Shown here in pieces: positions 28,340 through 37,956 of a stretch of DNA of 64,000 nt. The stretch is from Bacteroidota bacterium. GTDB lineage: Bacteria; Bacteroidota; Bacteroidia; Chitinophagales; Chitinophagaceae. The translations under genes and the position numbers were made by a program. The stretch spans positions 16,810 to 80,809 of the forward strand of contig JABDGW010000003.1 of assembly GCA_013285855.1 (NCBI GenBank), written 5' to 3'. Position 1 is the first letter of the stretch. The number at the start of each line of letters is the position of its first letter. The notes under the pieces were generated by a model. The model was not told where the DNA came from, ran no database searches, and saw nothing but the letters and a program-made list of their open reading frames with translations.

Positions 28340-30418
28340 TCATTCTTTAGTTTCAACTGGTTTAATTTTTTTATAGAGATAATTGTAGGTTTCAATTTGT
28401 GCGCGGGTTCTTTTTTTGCCGGCAGGCGGTACATACTTATTTTGCAAATCATTATCCAGAATGCGTGCCTTTATATTGTCGTTTAACTGGATGTGCAGAA
28501 TATCTTTCAGTTCATGGCAGAGCGCTTTATCTTTTACAGGTATAGCTGCTTCAATACGATGGTCAAGATTGCGGATCATCCAGTCTGCAGAAGAAATAAA
28601 AATTTTTTCTTTGCCGCCGTGATGAAAAATAATCACCCGTGAATGTTCAAGATATTCATCAACAATACTTATCGCGGCAACACGATCATGGGATTTTTTA
28701 TATTTAAATTTTGCACAAAAAATGCCGCGTACAACAAGGCTTAGTTTAACACCTTCATCGGCTGCATCATACAACCGGTTTATAAGCTGCGGATCACTTA
28801 AAGAATTTACTTTTAAAATAATGGAAGCTTTTTTGCCTGCTTTTGCATGTTTTATTTCTGTGTTTATCAATTGCATTAACTGGCTGCGCATAATTTGCGG
28901 GCAAACCATAAGTGTTTTACATCCGCTTAAAAATTTTTCTTTTGAAGGGTTTTCAAGATATTTAAAAATGCGGTTTATATCAGCCATTACATTGCGGTTG
29001 CTTGTAAGCATGCATTCATCTGCATACACCTTTGCTGTTTTTTCATTCAGGTTTCCTGTACTTACAAAACCATATTGAATAATTTTTTTACCGCTTCTTT
29101 TTTTAATTACACAAAGCTTTGCATGCACTTTTACATTAGGCATTCCAATAAGCACTTTTACGCCTTCATCTTCCAGCCTTTCTTTCCATTCAAGGTTTGC
29201 TTCTTCATCAAAGCGGGCACGCAGCTCAAGCATTACCACCACATTTTTACCATTACGCACTGCATTAATCAATGCATTAATAACTTTTGAATTGGAGGCA
29301 AGCCTGTAAGCTGTTAATTTAATGGAAACAACTTCAGGGTCCATAGCAGCTTCGCGCAAAAGATCAATAACCGAGTTAAAAGAATGATAGGGAAAATGCA
29401 ATAAAACATCCTGCTGCAGAATAATATCTGTAACGCGTGAAGTATTGATTAATGTGGGATGCCTGAAAGGCTGGCGCCTTACATTCTTTTGCTTAAACAC
29501 ATCAGGAAAATCCATGAAATGCCTGAAGTTGTGAATGCGCCCGCCGGGAATAATATTATCTTTTCTTGTAAGATTTAATTTCTTCATCAGGTATTCAAGC
29601 AAGCCGGCATCCATTTCTTTATCAAATACAAAACGCGTTGTTTTGCCTGAACGGCGATTCTTAATTCCTTTTTCAATTTTTTGTACAAACGAAGTGCTCA
29701 GGTCATTGTCAATATCCAGCTCAGCATCTTTGGTTACTTTAAAAACATACGATTCAAATCTTGTATAATTAAAATAAGAAAAAATAAAAGGCAGGCTGAA
29801 GCGAACGATGTCTTCCAATAAAATAATATGTTGCTGACCTTCGGGAGATGGTAATTGTATAAAACGGCCAATTATGCGGCTGGGCACTTCAATCAAAGCA
29901 TATTTCTGATTATAAGCAGTATCTTCTTTACGCATTACTACGCCGAGGTAAATGCTTTTTTCACGCAGATAAGGCAATTCCGGAAGGCTTTCAATCATTA
30001 AAGGAATAATATTGGAACGCACTTCTTCTTCAAAAAAATTTTTTACAAATAGCTGTTGTTGTTTATTGAGTTTTTTTTCATCAATTAAAAAGATATTCTG
30101 GCTTTGCATTTCTTTTAATATATCCTGCCAGATGCGGTTAAATTCATTTTGCTGGTCAAGCACAAATGTTTGAATTTGATCAAGAATACTTTGCGGGTCT
30201 TCTTCCAAATGCATATTGCCCTTTTTGCCGCCCAGTTCTATCATGCGCTTTAATGTTGCCACACGTACGCGAAAAAATTCATCCATGTTATTGGAATGAA
30301 TACCGAGAAAACGTATTCTTTCGCGCAAAGGCACAGAGAGATCACTTGCTTCCTGCAAAACCCTTGCATTAAAACTTAACCAACTGATGTCTCTTGGAAT
30401 TAGATTTTTCATTTGCAA
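28340..30418 (-). CDS. ppk1: Polyphosphate kinase 1
   Basis: RDISWLSFNARVLQEA, DEFFRVRVA, ELRARFDEE, KVHAK, SSADWM.RNLDHRIE. Confidence 0.96.
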   Translation of the reverse strand: MQMKNLIPRDISWLSFNARVLQEASDLSVPLRERIRFLGIHSNNMDEFFRVRVATLKRMIELGGKKGNMHLEEDPQSILDQIQTFVLDQQNEFNRIWQDILKEMQSQNIFLIDEKKLNKQQQLFVKNFFEEEVRSNIIPLMIESLPELPYLREKSIYLGVVMRKEDTAYNQKYALIEVPSRIIGRFIQLPSPEGQQHIILLEDIVRFSLPFIFSYFNYTRFESYVFKVTKDAELDIDNDLSTSFVQKIEKGIKNRRSGKTTRFVFDKEMDAGLLEYLMKKLNLTRKDNIIPGGRIHNFRHFMDFPDVFKQKNVRRQPFRHPTLINTSRVTDIILQQDVLLHFPYHSFNSVIDLLREAAMDPEVVSIKLTAYRLASNSKVINALINAVRNGKNVVVMLELRARFDEEANLEWKERLEDEGVKVLIGMPNVKVHAKLCVIKKRSGKKIIQYGFVSTGNLNEKTAKVYADECMLTSNRNVMADINRIFKYLENPSKEKFLSGCKTLMVCPQIMRSQLMQLINTEIKHAKAGKKASIILKVNSLSDPQLINRLYDAADEGVKLSLVVRGIFCAKFKYKKSHDRVAAISIVDEYLEHSRVIIFHHGGKEKIFISSADWMIRNLDHRIEAAIPVKDKALCHELKDILHIQLNDNIKARILDNDLQNKYVPPAGKKRTRAQIETYNYLYKKIKPVETKE

Positions 30419-30502
30419 ACAAATTCAAAGATAAATAAGCATGTGTGGAGATAATATGTTTTGTGCTGAAATTTCAGGCTGAACAATTCAGCATATAAGC
30501 AG

Positions 30503-30994
30503 TTACAGGCTTTTTATTTTTTCAATCAGGCCTGTTGTTGAGCAGTTATCAATTAAATGATTTATTACCACACGGCCGCCATTGTCAATTACTTCTTTTG
30601 AACCAACAATAGTATCAACAGTGTAATCGCCACCTTTAACCAAAACATCAGGCATAACTTTTTTTATCAGTTCAAGCGGCGTATCTTCTTCAAAAATTAC
30701 AACTGCATCTACCAATAATAATGAAGCAAGGATAAGTGCACGTGTATTTTGATTATTTATGGGCCGCTTATCACCCTTTAATTTTTTTACACTGCTGTCA
30801 GCATTTACGCCAACCACTAAAAAGTCTGCTTCTTTTGCCGCCTGCGATAATGAGTAAATATGGCCTTCATGCAAAATATCAAAACAGCCATTGGTAAAGG
30901 CAATTGTTTTGCCGTTTAACTTTTTGCCTTTTGCCCAACCTGCAATTTTATCAAAAGGAAATATTTTTTCTTCAATGCCTTTAATATTCTTCAT
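30503..30994 (-). CDS. rfaE2: D-glycero-beta-D-manno-heptose 1-phosphate adenylyltransferase
   Basis: FTNGCFDILHEGH, KGDKRPIN, PDVLVKGGDY. Confidence 0.9.
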   Translation of the reverse strand: MKNIKGIEEKIFPFDKIAGWAKGKKLNGKTIAFTNGCFDILHEGHIYSLSQAAKEADFLVVGVNADSSVKKLKGDKRPINNQNTRALILASLLLVDAVVIFEEDTPLELIKKVMPDVLVKGGDYTVDTIVGSKEVIDNGGRVVINHLIDNCSTTGLIEKIKSL

Positions 30995-31006
30995 GCCGTA
31001 ATTGGT

Positions 31007-31834
31007 TTATAATGCTGCAGCCAGTTTGGGCGCATAATAAGATGTGTTAAGATTTGCATTTGCCTGCTCTGCTTTTTCTATAATTGAATAATCAGACAGT
31101 ATGAGCGCTTTGTTTTTTTTAACGCAAACATCATGTTCAAAATGCGCAGATGGCTTGCCATCGCGGGTGCGCACCGTCCATCCATCATCTTCAGTATACA
31201 CATCTTTGGTGCCCATATTTATCATTGGTTCTATTGCGAGTACAGCATTTTCTTTTAAAACTTTTCCAATGCCGCGCTTGCCATAATTAGGCACCTGCGG
31301 ATCTTCATGCAGATTCCTTCCCAGGCCATGACCAACCAATTCCCTTACTACACCATAGCCATGTTTGCGTTCGGTATATTCCTGGATAGCATTGGAAATA
31401 TCTCCAACGCGGTTACCTGCTATTGCTTTTTCAATGCCTTTGTATAAAGATTCTTTTGTTACGCGCAGCAACTGCAATACATCATCACCTGCTTCGCCTA
31501 ATAAAAAAGTATAAGCATGATCGCCGTGCCAGCCATTTAATATCACTCCAAAATCTATGGAAACAACATCGCCTTCTTTTAAAGCATGATTATTTGGAAA
31601 ACCATGCACCACCACATCATTTACTGATGCACAGATAGTGAACGGGTAACCGCGGTAATTTAAAAAAGAAGGAATGGCTTTATGATCGCGGATAAAATCA
31701 GCGCACAACCTGTCAATTTGAAAGGTAGTTACACCGGGCTTCAACATAGTTGCAACCTCAGTTAGCGTTTTACTTACCAGCCTTGCGCTTTGCTTCATTA
31801 GCTCTATTTCCGCATCTGTTTTGTATAATATCAT
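31007..31834 (-). CDS. map: Methionine aminopeptidase type I
   Basis: SVNDVVVHGFP, GHGLG..LHEDP, AIEPMIN, SAHFEHDV. Confidence 0.95.
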   Translation of the reverse strand: MILYKTDAEIELMKQSARLVSKTLTEVATMLKPGVTTFQIDRLCADFIRDHKAIPSFLNYRGYPFTICASVNDVVVHGFPNNHALKEGDVVSIDFGVILNGWHGDHAYTFLLGEAGDDVLQLLRVTKESLYKGIEKAIAGNRVGDISNAIQEYTERKHGYGVVRELVGHGLGRNLHEDPQVPNYGKRGIGKVLKENAVLAIEPMINMGTKDVYTEDDGWTVRTRDGKPSAHFEHDVCVKKNKALILSDYSIIEKAEQANANLNTSYYAPKLAAAL

Positions 31835-31932
31835 ATTGTATCTTCTGCTCAAACTGCAAATTTCACGAAAAAAATTTAACCGTACACCATTAACTATTCA
31901 TTCATCAAACTTCTTACACGTTATTTTGCAGC

Positions 31933-32313
31933 ATGGAGTTTTTACAAAAGATAGCAAAGTTTGGCGTTGTTGGTTTTATAGGCATGTGTATTGATTTTTT
32001 AGTGACATGGCTTTTGAAAGAAAAACTACGTCTTAATAAATATCTTTCCAACAGCATTGGTTTTACCTGCGCCGTTATTAATAATTTTTATTTGAACCTG
32101 AAATGGACGTTCCAGGTGAATGGGCAAAATACCAACATCTATTTTATAAAATTTATATTGATATCCGTAGTGGGCCTGGGTTTGAATAATATGTTTGTTT
32201 ATCTGTTTAATGAAAAACTTTCCGTAAACTTTTATGCTTCAAAAGCGCTTGCGGTACTTTGTGTTTTTGTATGGAATTTTACTGCCAATAATTATTTTAA
32301 TTTCCATAGCTAA
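31933..32313 (+). CDS. GtrA family membrane protein
   Basis: KFGVVG...ID, NSIGF..AVINNF.LN..WTF, WNF.AN motifs. Confidence 0.9.
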   Translation: MEFLQKIAKFGVVGFIGMCIDFLVTWLLKEKLRLNKYLSNSIGFTCAVINNFYLNLKWTFQVNGQNTNIYFIKFILISVVGLGLNNMFVYLFNEKLSVNFYASKALAVLCVFVWNFTANNYFNFHS

Positions 32314-32714
32314 TTAGCTGAATGCTTTATCAAATCGCCATTACCCTTCTGATTCTATTCCTTAACGCAAAGTTGCACTATACTGTATGTCTCACTAAAT
32401 TATATAAGGAAAATTGCAACAAAGAAAAAAGAAAGTTAACAAGCAGATACTTTTAATTGCAATCCTGCGTTTCAGTCATACTATAGTTTCATTTTGTTGA
32501 AATTATATTTTCCTTTCAATATCCTTCATATTACATGCTTCTGTTGTTTCTCCCACCAAAGGCTATCATATGATGAACCGTAATGATTGCGGGGACGCAA
32601 TCATGGGAAATCAGGCCATCAGTTATACAGTTAAAATTTTGGTTAGCCGTGTTATGCGGTAAATCACGATTTGCTCACATCTCAAACCATTCACAATTAA
32701 AACTCAAAAAAATT

Positions 32715-33485
32715 ATGCAGTTAAAACAGGTATTCGCAGCAGTAGTAATTATGGCAGTTGTATGTACGCAAGGTTGCAAAAAAGATAGTACTGATGTATC
32801 TTCCGTGGCGACATTAGGGGACCAATCAGTTGAGCGTATAGGAACGATAGATCTTGGCCTTGCAGGCAATTTTGTAATCCTGTCAAAAACCGGAATTACC
32901 GATGTTTACCCATCTGTTATCACCGGCGATATTGGATCAAGCCCGATTACAGGTGCAGCTATTCATGTAAGCTGTAAAGAAGAATCCGGAACCATATACT
33001 CGGTTGATGCTGCCGGCCCGCTTCCCTGTAGTGTGGATAATGCAACCAGGTTGACAACCGCCGTAAAGGATATGCAAACGGCCTATACCGATGCTGCAGG
33101 CAGGCTTCATCCTAAGTTCCTGAATTTGGGTGCCGGAAATATTGGCGGGCAAACGCTTAGACCTGGGCTATATAAATGGACAAGTGCAGTTGTTATACCA
33201 ACGGACATTACGATTCAGGGCGCTGCGGACGCTATCTGGATATTCCAGGTTGCAGGAACACTTAGTGTGAGTTCTGCTGTGAAAATTACCCTGAAAGGTG
33301 GTGCACTGGCCAAAAATATTTTCTGGCAAACATCCGGGAAAGTTACCCTTGGAACAACAAGCCATTTTGAAGGCATTATATTAGGAAAGACAGGAATTAA
33401 TATGAAAACAGGCGCATCAATAAATGGAAGGATGCTGGCACAAACTGCAGTAACACTTCAGAAGAACACTGTTACCAACCCGTAA
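32715..33485 (+). CDS. Ice-binding protein (DUF3494/IBP-1) lipoprotein
   Basis: DLGLAGNFVILSKTGIT, GDIGSSP, AVKDMQTAYTDAAGR, LRPGLYKW, WIFQ, NIFWQ, GRMLAQTAVTL; lipobox TQGC-KKD after ATG 32715. Confidence 0.92.
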   Translation: MQLKQVFAAVVIMAVVCTQGCKKDSTDVSSVATLGDQSVERIGTIDLGLAGNFVILSKTGITDVYPSVITGDIGSSPITGAAIHVSCKEESGTIYSVDAAGPLPCSVDNATRLTTAVKDMQTAYTDAAGRLHPKFLNLGAGNIGGQTLRPGLYKWTSAVVIPTDITIQGAADAIWIFQVAGTLSVSSAVKITLKGGALAKNIFWQTSGKVTLGTTSHFEGIILGKTGINMKTGASINGRMLAQTAVTLQKNTVTNP

Positions 33486-33505
33486 TAAGCAAAAAGAATC
33501 AAAAT

Positions 33506-33540
33506 AAAAAAAGAGGCTGCCGCAAGGTTAGCCTCTTTTT
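33506..33540. terminator. Rho-independent terminator after ice-binding gene
   Basis: AAAAAGAGGCT...AGCCTCTTTTT. Confidence 0.8.
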
Positions 33541-33808
33541 AGGTTACCAGCGCAAGCATGCAGCTTAACTTTTTGTATGGAATTTAATGGCAAATAATTA
33601 TTTTAATTTCCATAGCTGACCAGATTTTATCATTTTCAGTCACTAACTTTCTTTAGCGTAATTATTATTTTTTGATTTAAACTATGCAACCTGCATTGTG
33701 TTGAAAATGCTTTGCAGCGTATAGATTTAATCATTATAACCTATAATAATTTTCGATTTTTAATTGCAGTTTGTCAAAACCATTTATATTTAAGTATAAA
33801 ACTTTTTT

Positions 33809-36550
33809 ATGAAAAAAGCCACTTCTTTAATCCTGCTGTTACTTTTAATTCAACTCCTTTCAGCCCAACAAAAAACCAAACCTTCTGCATCGCCAAAATT
33901 TGTTACATCTGTTGAAGGCGTTAAAGAATATAGCCTTGACAACGGCTTGCAAATATTATTGGTTCCTGACCAATCAATTAATAACGTAATTGTAAACGTA
34001 GTTTACCATGTAGGTTCAAGACAGGAAGGTTATGGGGAAACCGGTATGGCGCATTTGCTGGAACACATGTTGTTTAAAGGCTCAAAAAAGTTTTCAAGCA
34101 TAAAACAAACTATTGCAGATAAAGGCGCCAGCGCCAACGGAAGTACCTGGTACGACCGAACCGATTACTTTGAAATATTGCCGGCAAACGACAGTAATTT
34201 AACCTGGGCGCTTGATATGGAATCTGACAGGATGGTAAACTCGTTAATGCGCAATGAAGATTTGCAGAAAGAATTTACAGTAGTGCGCAACGAATTTGAA
34301 GCTGACGAAAATTACCCGGATAATATTTTAATGGAACGCATTATATCAACAATGTACTTATGGCACAATTACGGCAAATCAACTATTGGCAGCAAAGAAG
34401 ATATTGAACGTGTACCCATTGGAAACCTTACAGTATTTTATAAAAAATATTATCAGCCTGATAATGCAACATTAATTGTAGGCGGAAAAATTGATGAAGC
34501 AAAAACCCTTGCATGGATAGGAAAATATTTTGGAGCAATACCTAAACCTTCACGTGTAATTCAGCCGCCATATACAGTTGAACCGCCTCAGGATGGAGAA
34601 CGTTATGTGGAATTGAAACGTAACGGAGATATATCTTATATAGGTATGGCTTATCATACGCCTGCCTATTCAGATAAAGATTATGTTGCTAATGAAGCGG
34701 CATTAAATATTCTTACCAATGATCCTTCAGGAATTTTTTATAAAGCATTGGTACAGCCCCAACTTGCAACCAAGGTGTATGGGTGGACACCAACCTTATA
34801 TGATCCGGGGTTTTCTTATTTCGGTTGCAGTATACCGCAAGGCAAAAATGTTGACAGTGCTAAGGCCGCACTGCTGGCTGCTGCAGATAAATTACCAACT
34901 ACAACTATTACACAGGAAGATGTTGACAGGGCAAAAAATACATTGCAAAAAAACATTTACAATATCCAAAGCAATACGGAAAACTTTTGTATTAGTCTTG
35001 CTGAAATAATTGGTGCCGGAGACTGGCGGTTGTTTTACATTTATAAAGACCGGCTTGACAGCTTAACATTAAATGATGTGCAGGCTGCGTTTCAAAAATA
35101 TTATTTGCCAAGTAACCGCACTGTTGGCATTTTTATTCCTGAAAAAGCTGCGCAAAGAGTTGCTGTTGCTCCAAGGCCTGATATAACTGCGCTGGTTGAA
35201 AATTATAAAGGAAAATCAGTTGCCACACAAACAGAAACTTTTGAAGTAAGCATACCTAATATTCAAAAAAGAACAAGCTACGGCAAGCTTGCAAACGGCT
35301 TGCAATATGCGCTGCTTAAGAAGCCTGCAAAAGGTGATAAACTATATGCAAATTTTATTTTTAAAACAGGTGATGAAAACAGTCTTACAGGTAAAAATAT
35401 TATTCCTGAAGTTACTGCACGCATGTTAAAAACAGGTACAACAACCAGAAGCAAAAAAGATATCAATGATATGCTTGATAAAATAAAAACATCCATTGAT
35501 ATTTCCGGCGATGGTCCTGAAATTGACGTCTTTTTAAGCACAGATAGTAATAATTTGAATGCTGCTCTTGATCTGCTTGCAGACCTGTTATTGCATCCTT
35601 CTTTTGATAAAACAGAATTTGACAAATTATTGCTTGATATGAAAGGTGAGTTGGAATCAAGTGCAAGCGATCCTCAGTACATCGCTTTTCAGACAGCCAA
35701 TAAAAAGACGACACTTTATCCTAAAGGTCATCCGCTGTACCCGGAAAATATCAGCGAAAAACTCAGCGACCTGCAAACTTTATCTCTTGACAGCGTAAAG
35801 GATTTTTATAATAAATTTTATGGAGCCAATAACGGGTATGTTGCTTTTGTTGGTGATATAGATTCCAACGCGATAAAATCTTTTTTTCAGAAAGATCTTG
35901 CCGGCTTTTCAAGCAAAGCACCGTATACAGAAATTGCTGAAAAATATTTTAATGTAAGCGGAAGTCTTGAAAACATAAATATTACAGATAAGAAGAATGC
36001 AGTTTTGTTTGGCAAATTGAATATACCATTAAAAGAAGATGACCCTGATTATGCAGCATTGGATATTGCTAATGAAATGCTCGGCGGTGGCGCATTTTTA
36101 TCTTCGCGTATACCGCAGCGCCTGCGTGAATCTGAAGGAATGAGTTATGGCGCAGGTTCATTTACATCTTCTAACTATAAATACCCTGCTTCTTCATGGG
36201 GTGTATATGCCATATTTAACCCAATTTATAAAAACAGGTTAGATAGTGCTTTAAGAGATGTTATCAATACAGTAAGGCAAACAGGGTTTAAGCAGGATGA
36301 ATTTAAAAAAGCAGTGGAAAGCTGGCTGCAGCAACGTAAAACATATTTAGGTGATGATCAAAACCTGGCCTGGCGGCTATCAGATTATATGAGCGATGGG
36401 AAAAATCTTAGCTTTTATACAGATTATGAAAACAAAGCAAAAGGGCTTACACTTGAACAGGTAAATGCTGCTTTAAGAAAATATATCAGTCTTGATAATA
36501 TCACATTTATTTATGCGGGAGATTTTACAAATTCAGGTGACAAGAAGTGA
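33809..36550 (+). CDS. M16 (pitrilysin/PqqL-like) zinc protease, secreted
   Basis: Signal peptide; inverted zinc motif HLLEH; LRESEGMSYG in the C-terminal half. Confidence 0.92.
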   Translation: MKKATSLILLLLLIQLLSAQQKTKPSASPKFVTSVEGVKEYSLDNGLQILLVPDQSINNVIVNVVYHVGSRQEGYGETGMAHLLEHMLFKGSKKFSSIKQTIADKGASANGSTWYDRTDYFEILPANDSNLTWALDMESDRMVNSLMRNEDLQKEFTVVRNEFEADENYPDNILMERIISTMYLWHNYGKSTIGSKEDIERVPIGNLTVFYKKYYQPDNATLIVGGKIDEAKTLAWIGKYFGAIPKPSRVIQPPYTVEPPQDGERYVELKRNGDISYIGMAYHTPAYSDKDYVANEAALNILTNDPSGIFYKALVQPQLATKVYGWTPTLYDPGFSYFGCSIPQGKNVDSAKAALLAAADKLPTTTITQEDVDRAKNTLQKNIYNIQSNTENFCISLAEIIGAGDWRLFYIYKDRLDSLTLNDVQAAFQKYYLPSNRTVGIFIPEKAAQRVAVAPRPDITALVENYKGKSVATQTETFEVSIPNIQKRTSYGKLANGLQYALLKKPAKGDKLYANFIFKTGDENSLTGKNIIPEVTARMLKTGTTTRSKKDINDMLDKIKTSIDISGDGPEIDVFLSTDSNNLNAALDLLADLLLHPSFDKTEFDKLLLDMKGELESSASDPQYIAFQTANKKTTLYPKGHPLYPENISEKLSDLQTLSLDSVKDFYNKFYGANNGYVAFVGDIDSNAIKSFFQKDLAGFSSKAPYTEIAEKYFNVSGSLENINITDKKNAVLFGKLNIPLKEDDPDYAALDIANEMLGGGAFLSSRIPQRLRESEGMSYGAGSFTSSNYKYPASSWGVYAIFNPIYKNRLDSALRDVINTVRQTGFKQDEFKKAVESWLQQRKTYLGDDQNLAWRLSDYMSDGKNLSFYTDYENKAKGLTLEQVNAALRKYISLDNITFIYAGDFTNSGDKK

Positions 36551-36584
36551 GTTTGCAGGTAAAGGCCATATAAAATACGTGCAA

Positions 36585-37955
36585 CTATTTTATCTTTTTA
36601 CAAATTTCATTCTTCCCTAAATAGTGTGAGATAAGCCCTGTTATATTTCCGGCTGTATCTTTTGTAAATTCAATTCTTGCATCAATTATTTTAAGCCAGA
36701 AGTTATTTTCATCTTCTGCAAACAAAGGTGATTTTGGAAGATTTCCTGCAGGCGCTGCTATTTGTAAAGTATCGTTTTCTAACGTAACAAAAGCATGGTG
36801 CTTTTTATCAAATACATATTCACCAACATATTTTTTTAAGATAGAATCTGCCAGCTTTGTTTCTGAATGAACACGCATTAGCTCATAAGGTTGATGAAAA
36901 AGAATAGCAGATAAATTAGCATTAATTCCGTTTAACGCATCATCAAACCAGCCTTTATTATTTAGTAAAATTATAGTTACGTCTTTGGTTGGATAATAAC
37001 ATAAGTAAGCCATAAAGCCGGGTATTCCGCCACCGTGTGCAACATTTATTTCCCCGAATAATGAATCTATAAACCAGCCATAACCATAATGTTCAAGATG
37101 CGGTGTAAATGCAGCTTTCCATGAATCCGCAGACAGAATTTTTTTGTTGGCAACTGCCTGTGCCCATTTATACATATCACCTGTTGTACTAAAGATGCCG
37201 CCGGCAGCGTAAGTAACTGTTGAATCCCATCTCCAGGCGCTTGCTATTATTTGATTTGTATCGTTTAAAGTTTGATAACCTGTTGCAATGTTTGTATCTT
37301 CTGCATGTCTAAAATCAAACAATGAATGTGTCATTTGCAGCGGCGTAAAAATTATATCTCTTACATTTTGTTCGTAAGACCTGCCTGTTACTTTTTCAAT
37401 AATTAATCCAAGTAAATAATAATTGGAATTGCTGTATTGAAATTGTGCTCCGGGTTTAAAATTCAATGCATGTTTAAATATAATATCCAGCACCAATTGC
37501 TTGTTTACAGCGTTGCAAACAATCGCAGAATCTTCTGCATCAATATCATTTGTATAATTATAAATGCCTGAAGTATGTGTAAGTAAATTTTCAAGCGTTA
37601 TTTTATCTGCGTATTTAAATTCCGGAAAAAATTTGCTGAGTTTATCCTGCGCAGAAAGCCTTCCTTCTTCCTGCAATTTCAAAATTACGGTTGCCGTAAA
37701 TTGTTTGGTGATAGAACCAATTTGAAAAATCGTGTTTGAATCATTCAAAACATGTGCAGTAATATTTTTATAACCATAACTCTTCTGTAATAAAATTTTT
37801 TCGTGTTGTGCCACTAATACAGTGCCGTTAAACTTATAAAATTTATTTGCAGAAACTAAATATTCATCAAGTTTTTGTGTAAGTGGGTCTGTTTGTTGTG
37901 CATTTGAAATAAAGAAAAAAACTGTACAAAAAACAAACGCGATTATTTTTTTCAT
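36585..37955 (-). CDS. Serine hydrolase (beta-lactamase class C/PBP-like) with C-terminal DUF3471-like domain
   Basis: GSITKQF (SxxK), LLTHTSG, YSNSNY, HGGGIPGF; signal peptide. Confidence 0.88.
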   Translation of the reverse strand: MKKIIAFVFCTVFFFISNAQQTDPLTQKLDEYLVSANKFYKFNGTVLVAQHEKILLQKSYGYKNITAHVLNDSNTIFQIGSITKQFTATVILKLQEEGRLSAQDKLSKFFPEFKYADKITLENLLTHTSGIYNYTNDIDAEDSAIVCNAVNKQLVLDIIFKHALNFKPGAQFQYSNSNYYLLGLIIEKVTGRSYEQNVRDIIFTPLQMTHSLFDFRHAEDTNIATGYQTLNDTNQIIASAWRWDSTVTYAAGGIFSTTGDMYKWAQAVANKKILSADSWKAAFTPHLEHYGYGWFIDSLFGEINVAHGGGIPGFMAYLCYYPTKDVTIILLNNKGWFDDALNGINANLSAILFHQPYELMRVHSETKLADSILKKYVGEYVFDKKHHAFVTLENDTLQIAAPAGNLPKSPLFAEDENNFWLKIIDARIEFTKDTAGNITGLISHYLGKNEICKKIK

Positions 37956-37956
37956 G

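Larger units (their letters stand above)
32264..33617. mobile_element. Mini-islet bounded by 48-bp direct repeats of the gtrA 3' end
   Basis: 32264-32311 and 33570-33617 match at 44/48 nt; the enclosed DNA holds only the ice-binding gene and a terminator. Confidence 0.75.

Noticed and set aside
28330-28360. TGACTGAGAGC shared with 21906-21916, and a possible remnant of a ppx start at the ppk1 end
   Set aside because: An 11-bp match can occur by chance in 64 kb and no ppx-like reading frame follows.
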